From contig OZ024742.1 of NCBI GenBank assembly GCA_964016885.1, positions 75,888,001 through 75,952,000 of the forward strand: DNA of 64,000 nt, written 5' to 3'. The stretch's first letter is position 1; every line of letters starts with the position of its first letter. The notes below the pieces were generated by a model. That model made no database searches and was not told where the DNA came from. It saw only the letters and a list, made by a program, of their open reading frames with translations. A program made the translations under genes and the position numbers. The DNA is from Eledone cirrhosa (Eukaryota). Below are positions 13,017-26,311 of the stretch, piece after piece.

Positions 13017-16000
13017 ATGTCATGTGACAGATTCTCAACCAACAGGTGCTCCCTAGCTCAGCAGCAGGGACCTGGCTGTCAACCAAATACTGCTGGTGTC
13101 GGAGGAAGAAGAAGAAGGAAAGGGACCAGAACCAACTGGACGAAAGAATTGAATAGAACTGTTATGCAATGTTACCTGAAGAGTAACCCCAAGAAGAAAG
13201 GCTATAGGAAACGGATGCATAACATCTGGAACGAGATTTGTCTATTTAAATTAGAGGAACAAAAATTAGCCGGGCAGGCTCGGGTAATAAGAACTAATGG
13301 GTAATAAGAACTAATGGATAAGCCAGCTGGAACTGGAGGAACTGAGCAGAGAGATTAGGTTGGAAATGGAGAGTGGAGTATCCCAGGCAAACGAGCCAGT
13401 GGGAAATGAAGTGAAGAGGTTGAGAGAACGGAGGAACCATCCGAAGCAGACAATTATCTGAAAGCTGAAATAAATAATACCTGGAACAAAGATATGACAA
13501 TTGAGGAGATGAATGCTGACGGGCTAGGACAAGATTTGGTTGATATCCTAAACATGGTGGTAGATGAAATGAACAATGATAGTGGAGCCTTCACCAGTGC
13601 AACAATATCCTCAAAGCAACACCAATTGCGGTGAGTAAATCACTTGGCATAAAAGCGAGAGGAAACAACAAACAAGAAAGATCAGAACCTTGGTGGAAGA
13701 AACGACTGAATGGTCAAATCAGGGAAATGAGAAATGACATTGGAAAGCTTGAGGCCCTACTTAATGGGACACTAAAAAACATAGACATAAAAATACACTG
13801 GAAATAAAGTAGAAAACTAGGAGGAAAAAGCTAAATATTATCATAGAGCAACTGAAGGAACGCATTATAGCAAAGAGCGCAAAAATTAGGCAATACGAGA
13901 GCAGAGTCAGTCAGTATAGACATAACCGCATGTTTGACAACAACCAGAAGATGTTGTTTGGACAGCTTGAAGGGAAAGAAAGGGGCAACGACTTGATCCC
14001 TGAGGGGGAGCAAACTAAGACATTCTGGAGAGGAATATGGGAACAGGATGTTAAACATAATGACCAGGCAGTGTAGATTGAGTCAGTACAAACGGAGATT
14101 AGTGAACAGGCACACCAACAAGCTGATTTGAGTATCACAGTTGAAACTCTTAAGGGGGAGGCCAAAAGACTAACTAACTGGAAATCACCAGGCCCGGATG
14201 GTGTGCAGGGGTATTGGAGTAAAAATATAACATCCCTCCACCCGAAACTGACAGCCATGTTCAATGACTGCTTGATGTCAGGTGAGGTACCAGAGTGGCT
14301 GACAAAAGGTACCACAGTTCTGGTAATGAAAGACCGAATCAGGGGTAATGATGTTACCAACTATAGACCTATTACATGTCTGTCCGTAATGTGGAAACTG
14401 TTGACAAGCATTGTGTCTGAGGAAATCTACCATCACTTCCACACAAACAACTTATTACTGGACGAACAGAAAGGATGCCGAAAGAAGTCCCGTGGTACAA
14501 AGGACCAGTTACTTCTTGATAAGATGGTATTGAGGAATTGCAAGAGGAGACAAGCTGGTCTTGCCATGGGATGGATAGACTACAAAAAGGCATTTGACAT
14601 GGTGCCTGATTCTTGGATCACCAAAAGCCTAGAGATCTTCAAGGTGGCAGATAACATCAGACAGTTGTTGGGCAAAAGTATGAAGTCCTGGAGCTAACAT
14701 CAGGTGGAGAATCCTTGGGAGGTGTGACGATCAAGAGAGGTATCTTCCAGGGAGATAGTTTTTCCTCTCTGTTGTTTGTCCTCGCCCTGAAATCCCTGAC
14801 CGTTATATTGCGAAAAGTGAGAGCAGCATCCAAGTTGGGAAAGGGAGAGTTTACCATCAATCACCTCCTCTTTATGGACGATCTTAAGCTCTTCGGGAAG
14901 TGTGAGAATGAGTTGGATGTGCTTGTTGACACTGTCCGTATTTTCATCAATGATATATGTATGCAATTTGGTATTAGTAAGTGTGGAGTCCTTGTGATGA
15001 AGAGGGGTAAATTGAGCAGAAGCAACGGAATCCAAGTACCAACAGGTGAGATGATGAAGGAAATTGACACTGAAGAAGGATACAAGTATTTGGGTGTTCT
15101 GGAGGCTGATGACATCAAGAACAAAGAAATGAAGGAATTGATAAGATCTGAATGCATTCGGAGAGTAAGGAGAGTATTAAAGTCACATCTGAACAGTAGG
15201 AATGCCATAAGTGCAGTAAATTCCCGAGCTGTGTCTATTATTAGGTACAGTGCGGGAATTCTGAGATGAAATGTTGCGGAACGAAAAGAAATGGATAAGA
15301 AGACTAGGAATCTATTGTCTATCTACAGCATATTCCACAAGAGGAGTGATGTTGATAGACTATACTTAAGGAGATCTGAAGGTGGAAGAGGTCTTATCAG
15401 CATAGAGGACTGTGTTCAGATGGAGAAAAACAACCTACACAAATACGTGACTGATAGTAATGAGACAATGCTTAGAATTGTACTGAAGGAGAGGACAATA
15501 GACCAGTGGATGTCCAAGGAGGAAATAACAACGAGGAGAAAGAGCAGCCTTCATGAAAAAGCCCTTCATAGTACCTTCTTTAAGAAAACGGAATTCAGAG
15601 ATCCACAGACATGGCACTGGTCGAAAAGGGGAGACCTTAAAAAGTCCACAGAAGGAATGCTAATGGCAGCACAAGATTAGGCCCTCAAAAAGAAGTGGTT
15701 GAAACACCATATTTACAAGGAGGAAGCAAGCCCACTGTGCAGGATCTGTGGAGAGAGAGAGAGGAGACTGTGGCTCACATTGTATCCGAGTGTAAACACC
15801 TAGCCCAGACTCACTATAAAGGCTGGAGACATGATGTGATGGGCAGGGTCATCCACTGCACCTATACAAAGTAAACAATTTACCACATTCTGAGAAGTGG
15901 TATGAGCATAAGCCAGAGTCGGTGATAGAAAACGATCAGATGAACGTGCTGTTGGATTTTAGGATACAGACGGACAAGAAACTGGAACACAATAGACCTG

Positions 16001-16384
16001 ACATGGTGGTTTGGACAAGGAAAAAAAGATCGTGCCTGATTGTGGATGTGGCCTGCCCATTCGACACGAGAGTGCAAGAGAAGGAGAGGGGGAAATTAAC
16101 CGATACCAGGACCTAAAGTGGGAGGTAAAAAGGATTTGCAACTGCAATGAAGTCAAAGGGGTCCCGATTGTCATAGGCGCACTAGGTACTATCTCAAAAC
16201 GTTTCCAGGGATGGTTAAAGAAAATGGCCCCGCCCCGCTTTTTGGAACGCTTCAAAAGGCATGCTTGCTGGGAACAGCAAGAACCCTCCGATACGTCCTG
16301 AATATTTGAGGCTGCAGGTAGTGGCTTGATATTCATTTCAACAAACTTTCCAGTTAACTAACATCAATGACTGAGACTCAAAGA
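13017..16384 (+). mobile_element. Degenerate full-ORF-span DongB copy
   Basis: Fragments 12972-13304, 14128-14697, 14715-15269, 15291-15680, 15922-16301; ~90-bp deletion near 13585; DongB 3' end and short (AAT)n. Confidence 0.92.
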
Positions 16385-16398
16385 ACAATAATAATAAT

Positions 16399-17382
16399 GC
16401 TTTCTTTATTAAACACAAGGCTTTACACAAAGTAAGACATTAAGAACAGTACAGGACTATACAGGACAATACAGGACGGTACAAATGGGCATTTCTGCGT
16501 GAAAAAAAAAACAGAGGCTGTAACAAAAAAAGAAACAATGAAAAATTCCCCAAAAGGAGGGAGACTTCCGAGGGTCATCATGGAGAAAGCCCATTAAAAA
16601 AGCCACGGTGACCCTGACCATCAGGGCAAGTGCCCTCTCCCAGATTTCCACCGTCAATTTACAGGCACATACTCAAAGTAGTCTCATTCACACGAGCCAT
16701 TCTTGCCTCTCTCACCCATCTTTTAACAAAATGCTGGGAAGAGAGCACTTCCGCTCTACCCTGAATCTCCTTTTTAAATGAAATCGGTCAAAGTAACGAG
16801 TGCGTGCAGGATGGTTTCGTCGCCCTGCGTGCATCTCGGACATGCCCGGCTGACAGCACCTCCATGCCTTTAGAGTTTATCCCGAATTGGTAAAGCTCCT
16901 CTGTAGCACTGCCAGTCCAGGGATTTCTGGAAGTTGTCCATAGACCCCGGCCCGAAAGTTCTTCCAAAGAGATTGGGTAGTTGATTTTCATCGCCGCCTA
17001 GATTTTCCCCAAGTTCGCCGTCGCTCTTCCACTCTACTAAATCTTCAATAGAACGCCAAGGTAGAGTTTCCACCGATTGATTGAGGGCTGTGAACGCCTG
17101 AAGACATTCTAGTCTCTAAGCGCTCCCTCTCGATCTTCGCTTGACCCAGGACTGCAGCTCAGTCAAGGAGACGAGCTGGGGAAAGACGCGTCTAGCAAAC
17201 GGCGACCACACCTGATCACTGTCGAGGAAGAGGTCAAGATGTCGTAGCCTGAGCGCGTGTCTGCGCATCATCAGCTACGGCACGCCCAGCCCTACACGTA
17301 GCGGGTGTTGACAGCAGATGGACCGCCTGACCTTCGGAGCGTGTACCTTCCACAAAAAGCGAAATAGCAAATGCTCCAGCGC
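16399..17382 (-). mobile_element. 5'-truncated Tx1-like LINE (family 'Tx1-1'), internally deleted
   Basis: Colinear with 49247-50466, missing about 245 bp near 16790; 3' end ..taataaagaaag abuts the TAA tract. Confidence 0.9.
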
Positions 17383-17384
17383 AA

Positions 17385-18256
17385 AAAAAGCCTAGATAGT
17401 TTCAGTGTGGCAGATAACATCAGACAGTTGTTGACAAAAGTATGAAGTCCTGTGAAACAGAGTTAACATCGGGTGGAGAATCCTTGGGAGGCGTGAAGAT
17501 CAAGAGAGGTATCTTCCAGGGAGATAGTATTTCCCCGCTGCTGTTTGTCCTCGCCCTGATATCCCTGACCGTTATATTGCGAAAGGTGAGAGCAGGATAC
17601 AAGTTGCGAAAAGGAGAGCTTATCATCAACCACCTCCTCTTCATGGACGAGCTTAAACTCTTTGAGAATCGTGAGAAAGAGTTGGATGTACTTGTTGACA
17701 CTGTCCGTATTTTCAGCAATGATATATGTATGGAATTTGATATTAGTAAGTATGAAGTCCTAGTGATGAAGAGGGGTAAATTGAGCAGAAGCAACGGAAT
17801 CCAGGTACCAACAGGTGAGATGATAAAGGAAATTGTTGACAAAAGTATGAAATCATGTACTTGGAAAAGATCACATCTCAATCTTCTGCCTTGTTAGCAT
17901 CCCAACAGACCGAAAAATAGATACAAATAGACCTAATATAATAATGAAGGACTTTAAAAAGAGGGTAATCCAGTCTATACCAGTCGGACAGTTCAAAATG
18001 TCTGAGCAGGTTGTTGAGGCTGTTACACCCTCCTACCCTGTCTACTAGCCCCACATAATCCCAACGTGCATCTAAGATACCGTTCCAGTCGCCCACTAAC
18101 AATAAAGAGCGGGACGTTCCAAGAAAAGTCTCTACACCTCTGAAGAAATATGGCCCCTGTTGGGGCGTAGACGCCTACTAGCCTGAAAGCATTGCCTTCG
18201 CTGCCGGTCACGTCCAGCACCACCAACTTACCTTCTGGGTCCAGGAAGATGGCTAA
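17385..18256. mobile_element. Mosaic: DongB RT fragment (+, 17385-17850), DongA endonuclease fragment (+, ~17856-17967), Tx1-1 APE fragment (-, 17968-18256)
   Basis: ORF 17442-17897 (GIFQGDSISP, FMDE); cacatctcaatct..aggactttaaaaagagggta matches DongA; FLDPEGKLVVLDV and LVGDWNGILD match 52350-52640. Confidence 0.85.
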
Positions 18257-18889
18257 ATACCGATTAATTTCGACCACTTCAAAAGAAGTGGGGGTGTGTT
18301 TACACACAAAACAATATGATATTTACATTAAGTTCGCAATAAAATCTGTTAAAAAATCACAAACTTACGGGAACAAAATTTCCTGCGAGGTGTATATTTC
18401 CACGATGGGACGTATTTGCTAAGAAGAAGAAGAAGAAGAAGAAGTGGAGGAGGAGGAGGAGGAGGATGTTGGTGTAGGAGGTGGAACGTTGCCCCTTTTC
18501 AGAGGATGTGGAAGCGCTCGAAAACATAAGGTTTTCAATATTCGTGGTAATCGAAAGCACTCAAGACTTCTATAAACTTATAGATACATTTCTATATTTA
18601 TCCCTTTTCTAGTCAGAATCATGCTCTTTCGAAATCAGAAAAATAATCATCTACTGTTTTCATTTTATAGCGATTTCTCTTATAATATGTTCCTGATTAA
18701 ATACGATTAACCTGAAATCCGTTGGCATTGTGTGTATCTTCATATTGCCTTCAAAATATATACAAATAAATATGACCATAAATTGAATAGATTTTCGTAG
18801 ATTGCAAAGTTCCATATACTATTCGGTTTCCCCGTCTTCTTGTCAACGCATGATAAAAAGTGTGGAATAATTTTTTAATATTAAATAAT

Positions 18890-18998
18890 TGTTTCTTCTT
18901 TTGGCACAAGGCCAGCAATTATCCAGTGCATTACTGGTACTTTATTTTATCGACCCCGTAAGGATGAAAGGCAAAGTCAACCTCGGCGGGATTTGAAC
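18890..18998 (-). mobile_element. 5'-truncated tRNA-like SINE with 17-bp TSD
   Basis: gttcaaatccc B-box-like, gactttgcctttcatccttacggggtcgataaa core; TSD ttttaatattaaataat at 18873-18889 and 18999-19015. Confidence 0.88.
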
Positions 18999-19938
18999 TT
19001 TTAATATTAAATAATGAAATATTTTATTATCAACTAAACACGATTTATGCCTCGCATAACTTTCATGTGTAATGGTTTTAATTTTGCATTCTGCCAAGCT
19101 CTGTTGTGCTTTGTTGGCAGTTTGGGTTTTAATCCTGATATTTCAGAAACTAATGAATCTAAGCTATTTTATGTTTACCATTATAACAATGGGAATTATA
19201 ATTATTTTCTTTTTCAAATTTCCTTCCTTCCTTCGATTAGGTACATGATGAGCAAGCTATAGGATATAAGTGAAGCTAACGTAATTAAATATTCAGTGAA
19301 ATACAAAGTTAATTTCATAGTAGCAATGTTACCCTGGAGTGGTGTCTATAATATCAAAATGTTCACAATATATTTTTCCTTGATACAGGCATTTGATTAA
19401 TATCATTTAACATAATTTAATTTTTACATATGAAACATAAAGATACTTCTATATTAGGTGTCGACCTACAGCAAACAGCACCGACATGGTGAGAGGAAAT
19501 ATTGTGTGTTTCATCGGTGTTCTCAAAACTCGATGCGCGGGAGTTACGCTTTCTCTTAAACAGTACCTCTGATATAGTGTCTTGTGTCAATGGGGACGCA
19601 CAAAAGGCCATAAGGGAGTCGGGTTTTCTTGTGGAAAAATATATATCATCCAGCCAAAACAAGACGCGATAGCAGTTTCAATACTAGCAAAATTAAAAAG
19701 CAATGACGGTGGAATTTGAATTGACAATCACGAAAGAATAAACCTATATTCAATGGAAAATATACATACATGGTGCATAATTGCTGAGTGAGTCGTGGGG
19801 GCACCGTATTGATATACGGAGTTTCTATGTCACTTTTTAAAACCTGGTGTATACCATCTTCTCTCCAGGTCTGAATACAGCAGATGTCTACCAGAGAAGG
19901 ACAGAGAGTTAGAAAGAGATATAGAAGAGGATTCGATC

Positions 19939-20060
19939 CTGGTACTTTTTTATCGACCTCAAATACATGAAAGGCAAAATTGACATTGGCGGGATTTGAA
20001 CTCATAGAACAGAGAGTCTGAACAAATACCTCAAATCATTCTAAAAACTTTGTTAATTCG
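19939..20060 (-). mobile_element. Degenerate SINE fragment
   Basis: tatcgacc..atgaaaggcaaa..ggcgggatttgaactca matches the SINE core. Confidence 0.6.
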
Positions 20061-20851
20061 CCTCATGTAATGGAAAATATACTTGTATATTATGGATTAT
20101 CATTGAAACGTATTAAATACCAAATTATATACTCAGCAAGATATGGATAAAACATCGGATTGTTTCTATATGGCGTACGAGTTTCATATTTAACTATAAA
20201 CTATAAACAGCTATTTGCACTAGAACCTTCCGATATGGTATGGTTGAACAGTACTTCCACACATAGGTCTGCTCAGTTGCTCAAGACTAGGCCGAAACAT
20301 ATTGCTGTTCTTGTTAATAGTATCGTGACGTTACGATAAGACTCAAGCCGCCCACATGTAGATATGTGACACTGTTCTTCTAACAGGTGAAGTCAGCGCG
20401 CGTTGCCACTCCTCCACTAATGTGGGACTTGTGAAGAAATACTTACATAGAAATATGGCAATCCTACTAGCTTGTGATTCATACATAGTGCCTTAACCCA
20501 TCCCTGCAGCTATGACAAGATAACAGGGCAGTTACGAAGATCGCATGTGTTATTATCATGAAGTATAACCTCTACAGTGGGTGTAGCCATGATCAAAAAG
20601 GTTGGCCAATTACAAGTTGGTGAGGCAATTTAACCCAAAGTTGGAGTGAATGGAAGCTGATTCTGGAGATCACCCGCAATGTGACAGCGCTTGTTTTTGT
20701 TCTTCTGGGGTTCCATTTACCCTTGGCGCTAAACCAGGGTCTGTTGCGTGAGCCAGTTTAGTAGCTGAACACCATGAAAAAGTTGTTCAAGGCTACATTG
20801 TACAAGTAACATAAAGAGGAATGATCTGACAATATATACATATATATATAG

Positions 20852-21783
20852 TTATACTTTGAGAGGGTCATGTTGCCAATAAGAAACACACACACCAGTT
20901 GCTTCACTCCAAATTATTATAAATTACATTTATCAATTTCCGGTTGGTTGGGTGGTTCCACAACCGGACGATTGTTCATATATTGAAGAGGCACAAAACA
21001 AAGAGAATAATCCCCAGTCACTGAAGAGGTCACAGAATGTGTGACGAAAGAACTTTGACAATATATGAACAACTGTCCGGTTGTGGAACCAACCAACTAA
21101 CTAACCAACCGAAAATGTATAAATTCTTAAATTTATAAATTTAATTTATAATAAATTGGAGTTGCAATTGGTGCGTGTGTTTCTTATTGGCAACATGACC
21201 CTCCCAAAGTATAATAATATCGGTTTCAACACACGTTTTCAGATAAAGAATCTTGCTAAACAAATTCAGAAACGAAATATATATGAATATATATATAATT
21301 CGTTTTTGAATCTGTTTTGCGAGATTTCTTATCTGAAAACGTGTGTTGAAACAAATATTACTATAATTTCGGAGTCATGCTTCCAAATAAAAACACACGC
21401 ACCGGCTGTTTTTCACTTCAATTTATTATGTCTCCGGCTGGTTGGTTGGTTAGATAACCGGAGGGTTGCTTATATATTGTCAAACGTCTTTCGTCAGACA
21501 TTTTGTGACCTCTTCAGTTACTGGGTTTTTATTTTGTGTGTCTCTCCCTTGTTCTGTCCTACACCATCTCGTGGTATAGGACAGAGAAAAAGGAGAGTCA
21601 CACAAACTAAAAAGCTAGTCTTGAGGATATCACAGAATGTGTGACGAAAGAGCTTTGACAATATATAAACAATCTGTCGGTTATCGAATCAACCAACCAG
21701 CCGAAAACTTATAATAAATTGAAGTGAAAACCAACAGGGGCGTGTGTATTTATTGGCAGCATAACCCACATCAAATTATAACA
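20852..21783. repeat. Three adjacent fold-back elements (20852-21214, 21224-21351, 21360-21783), probably Penelope-like terminal repeats
   Basis: Long imperfect inverted arms, e.g. ttatactttgagagggtcatgttgccaataagaaacac / gtgtttcttattggcaacatgaccctcccaaagtataa; flanked by (TA)n; hammerhead-like cores at 21017-21059 (+) and 21479-21521 (-). Confidence 0.75.
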
Positions 21784-21784
21784 A

Positions 21785-21887
21785 TATATATATAGAGAGA
21801 GAGCGAGATAGATACACACACGTACACACGCCCACACACACACACACGCATACACACACATATATATATATAAATATAAATATATAT

Positions 21888-21948
<61 letters not shown>

Positions 21949-21968
21949 TATATTATATTTATTATTAT

Positions 21969-22050
<82 letters not shown>

Positions 22051-22251
22051 AAGGAAACATTTTTTGCTTTTAAGAAACCTCTGGTGAATGGAATAATTGC
22101 CTTATGTTGCTTTATTACTTTACTACTATATATACGTTTATGTAAGGTTCATTTGTCTTTTCTAATACTGAGTTTTACACATACACACATGTATATGTGT
22201 GTGTGTATGTGTATGCATATGTGTATATGTACGTATATGTGTATATGTGTA

Positions 22252-22317
<66 letters not shown>

Positions 22318-22811
22318 ATTATATACATGTGTGTGTGTTTATATTGTATACGTGTGCGTGTTTGTGTATGTATGTCTATGTATGTGTTTGTGTATTTGTT
22401 TATGTATATTTATGTGTGAGAGTGTGTGTATGTGTTTACTATTTTGTACGTATGTATACGTGCTTTTGTGTGTATTACTTACCACGCGTGTCTGTCCTGT
22501 AAGCTGGGTCATGTATCGGTGTCAAACATTTTTTAATATATATATATATTTTTTTTTTCTTATATTTATTTGCGTGTGTGAATATGTAGAGGAGTGCATT
22601 CATGTATGTGTATGTATGTACGTTTTGTATGTTTGTGTGGATGTATGTATGTGTGTATATATATGTGTGTGTGTATGGCTATGTTTGTGTATGTGTATGC
22701 TTGTACACACACATGTGTATGTGTGTGTATGTGTATGTGTGTATATGTATATATATATATATATATATACATATATATATGTACATATATATATGTGTGT
22801 GTGTATGCGTG

Positions 22812-22844
<33 letters not shown>

Positions 22845-23020
22845 GTGTGTGTGTGTATATGTATTAATGTATGTATGTGTATATGTGTGTATATATGTGT
22901 ATGTGTATGTAAGTGTACGTTTTATATATATGTCTATATGTATATATGTATGCGTACATATATATATGTATATATGTATGTGTGTGTAAGTATGATTTTG
23001 GGTTTTTTTGTGTGTGTGTT
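21785..23020. repeat. Compound (TA)n/(TG)n/(CA)n microsatellite region
   Basis: Direct inspection; a short interspersed repeat at 22060-22130 recurs at 23162-23230. Confidence 0.95.
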
Positions 23021-23233
23021 TGCATGTGTAGTTTTATTTTATTTTTCCTTTCCTTCTCTCTTATCCAGCCTCATTTTCATATAGATTGCATTTTTGTTTT
23101 TATAATCGAAGTTCAATAAACAAACCAGGATTTTTTCATTCTGTGGATTGAAAGCAAAACCTTTTGCTTTTAAGAAACCACTGGTAAATGGAATAATTGC
23201 CTTATGTTGTTTATTACATAATAATAATATATA

Positions 23234-23288
23234 CTCTTTTACTCTTTTACCTGTTTCAGCCATCCGGCTGAGGCCATGCTGGGGCACT
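23234..23288 (-). mobile_element. 3' tip of a second SINE/RTE-like repeat
   Basis: ctcttttactcttttacctgtttcagccat..ggccatgctggggcac with short tandem tail; resembles a common octopus repeat end as I recall it. Confidence 0.45.
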
Positions 23289-23331
23289 AATTCAAAATAT
23301 TAATAAATATAGACATTCATGTGATAAAATA

Positions 23332-23397
23332 TATTTTATTATATATATTTCAGAGGTACTGTGCTGTTTCCACAGTACGTCCTCATCAGATAAAATA
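23332..23397 (-). ncRNA. Minimal type-I hammerhead ribozyme
   Basis: tattttat-CTGATGA-ggacgtactg..cagtacctct-GAAA-tatata-TA-ataaaata: 8-bp stem I, stem II, palindromic stem III. Confidence 0.8.
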
Positions 23398-24918
23398 AAT
23401 TGATGTCTGACATACCTCAACTGTGCTGATGGTTCAATTCCAGTCTTGGCAGTGATTAGTTGTGACAAAACTCAATATTTATATACCATAAGCAGTAACA
23501 TGACAAACTACATATAATTGAGAGGGTACGTAGGAAAATGTATAGAAAAAAATTAAATAAATACATATATAGGTAAGTAAAATACATCTGTACATAACTG
23601 TTAAATATTTAAATAATTAAATATGTAAATATTCGTATTAGAGAAAAAAACAAATGAGAGAGAGAGAGTGCTAGAGGAGAAAAAGAAAATATAGAGAGAT
23701 GAAGATAAAAACGAAGAAAGGGAGATATAGATGGTATAAAATAATTACATAAGGAGAATAGAAGTATATGATGCGTGACCGTTTTTTCCAAATATTAAGT
23801 TAGGTGGAAACGATCAATTAAATACCGTGAAATTTTTACTCTATAATATTATATCAAAGTTAAAACAATATAATTTTTACTCTATTATATTATATCAAAA
23901 TTAAAACAATATAAAGTAATATAAGATAATATAACATATTTTCAAAGATAATCTGGAGCAAATTTAAATTAGTAAATACATTCAATAATTTAGTTATAAA
24001 ATTCAAAATTCAAAATATTATTAACTAACAATGGTGCTTACAAATATAGTAAATACGATATTATTAAACATAACTTACTTAGATATTCGCATCTGTATAA
24101 GCATTTTATATAAACAATATTATTTAAATCGATATTTGCCAATTACATATATGATTAATTATTAGTTATATTTACACTTGAGAGAATTAATATTTCGATT
24201 CAACCAACTTTTACTGTATTCAATACTATAAATCAAGTTAAATACAGATTATTACTCAATTTAGATAAAACGAAACTTATACACGATAAATGTAAACAAA
24301 CGTATCCAAACGTTTAAATTAAATTAAATTGTTTAAAAGTCTGAAGATATTACAGATCTCAAATTTATAAGATACAGGATTTAAAAAGAGGATTCTAAAT
24401 CGAAACTAAAGGTATTTAACCAATCAAGAGATTATCATACTCTTTTAAAGAAAAGGTATGCATTTCCTAAGGTAAGGTAGAGACATTATACACAATATCA
24501 ATAATAACAATAATGGCAATAATAGAAGCATTGCAAGAATTATTAATAAGAGTCAATATCTTTTCTCACTCAGTCAATGTTTTTTCCTAATTTTATATGA
24601 TGCTTGAAATGTTGTTGCAGATTTATGGAGGCAATTTGAGAATAATTCACTTTTTTCTATTAATTAAATTACCATAATTAGCAATTATTAATAAAGGTTC
24701 GGTATTGCAAAGGTTGCAGTTAGGTGAAATGGAATTATTCCGATAAACTTCACAGTTCCTAAGTTTAGTCCAAAAGATTGAGTATTTTATATTTTTCTCT
24801 TTTAAAGACCATATTAATTGTGATAAAGAAGTAGAAATTTCTTAAATAGAACGTTTATGATTGGAAAATCTTAGTTTAAAGTTCGATGTAGTTATAGGTA
24901 ATATTATTATTTGCTTTA

Positions 24919-25100
24919 GGGCGGTGAATTGGCAGTATTTGTAGAGGATCAGACATGCTTTCCAGCGTAGTTACGTCCCTTCACGATCTGAGTTTAAATC
25001 CCGCCCAGGTTAACTTTGCCTTTCATCCTTACGGGGTCGATAAAATAAAGTGCCAGTAATACACTGTGTAATTGCTGGTCTTGTGCCAAAAGTAGAAACA
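24919..25100 (+). mobile_element. Full-length tRNA-like SINE with 16-bp TSD
   Basis: ggcggtgaattggcag head, gagtttaaatcccg B-box-like, ends gtagaaaca; TSD attattatttgcttta at 24903-24918 and 25101-25116. Confidence 0.9.
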
Positions 25101-25311
25101 ATTATTATTTGCTTTAATGGTACATTTATATACTAAATGCTTATAAGGCAGTTATTTTGCAAATGGCATTCAGATTTTCTTCTACAGTTACAGTTCGATT
25201 TCATGTTATTTCTATGATCTAAACTCTTCGCATTACCATTGCTAATATTTGTAGGTGTTCTACTGTAAGTGCATAAATTAATGTCATTGTTATTCTCTGT
25301 AACTATAGTAT

Positions 25312-25342
<31 letters not shown>

Positions 25343-25364
25343 CTAATATCAATATCATTATATA

Positions 25365-25701
25365 TGTTGGATGTATCGGCAGAGCATCAGACACCATGCT
25401 TTATAGCATAGAGCTATGACGCTTTACATTCTGATTTCAAATCCCACCGGGTCAACTTTGCTTGATTTTCGTCCTTACAGAGATAAAGCATCAGTAATGC
25501 ATTGGAGTAGTTGCTGGCCTTGTAGCAAAAATAGAAACATTGGTGGATTGGCCGTATAGGTAGAGGGTCGGACGTCCGTCGTGCTTTGCAGTATAGAGTT
25601 ACGGCCCCTTATGATCTGAGTGCAAATCTCGCTGAGGTTAACTTTGCCTTTCATCCATGCGGGGTCGATAAAATAAAGTTCCAGTTATGCAGTTATGCAC
25701 T
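25365..25701 (+). mobile_element. Two tandem degenerate SINE copies (25365-25540, 25541-25701)
   Basis: Both carry the head and actttgc core; the second lacks its 3' end. Confidence 0.75.
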
Positions 25702-26284
25702 GGCTCGAAAGTCCGGAACAGGCTGGTCAGTTTGACTTCGTCGAGGCCCAATGCGTCATCGCACTCTCCCACCACTAATCCTCTATAGAACTTGAGAGTG
25801 GAAGTTCACTGATCGCATTGCCTGCTTGGTAGAGGGCACTGAGTGCCTGTCCACGTTCCAGGTGCCATTCTTGATCTCTTCTTGACAAAGGACTGCAGCT
25901 CATTCAAAGAGACGAGCTGCGGAAGTGATGCCCCCCCCCCCGCTACATTTGCTAAAGGGTGGATGAATGTGGCGAGAATGACACGTGTGATTGGGCCTAT
26001 AGGCTAGCTAATTTCAGGAGGAGAGGAGTGCTCTCCACGAGTGCTCTGGAAGAGCAGGGTGGTTCAGGATTGGTGGGGTAGCTGAGTCACCCCTGAGACG
26101 TCCACCCCCTTATAGGGGAATATATTTTGTTATATTTATCCATAGTATATCTTATATTTTTATATCTTCATTGTTAAATTAGACTTGCCACTGTGCACTT
26201 TTACTCGACCTTATTGTAATCCCCCACTGTCTCTGTCTTTGTATTGTACACTATATGTCGGTCTTTGAGGAAATAAATGAAATC
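25702..26284 (+). mobile_element. Tx1-like family 'Tx1-2' 3' fragment with 5' inversion
   Basis: 25702-~25921 is colinear with 61731-61905; 25922-26284 is the reverse complement of 60976-61323; (ATT)9 follows. Confidence 0.82.
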
Positions 26285-26311
26285 ATTATTATTATTATTA
26301 TTATTATTATT

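Larger units (their letters stand above)
23289..25315 (-). mobile_element. 3' part of a Penelope-like element (GIY-YIG region, 3' UTR, hammerhead), interrupted by a SINE
   Basis: Manual minus-strand translation across frameshifts: CNCRRKSECHLQNNCL, FKLRFSNHKRS, STSLSQLIWSLKEKNIKYSIFW, CNLCNTE..LINRK/SELFSNCLH. Inverted homologue of 34116-35685. Confidence 0.82.

Noticed and set aside
19417-20830. Possible host exons in moderately GC-balanced unique sequence (also 36590-37620)
   Set aside because: No recognisable protein motif or convincing splice frame; needs BLASTX or RNA-seq.
22045-23119. Y/I/C/V/M-rich ORFs (also 29533-29867, 31356-31664, 38860-39684)
   Set aside because: Translations of dinucleotide microsatellites.
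24919-25100. tRNA gene
   Set aside because: A/B-box-like motifs only, no cloverleaf; multicopy with TSDs, so a SINE.
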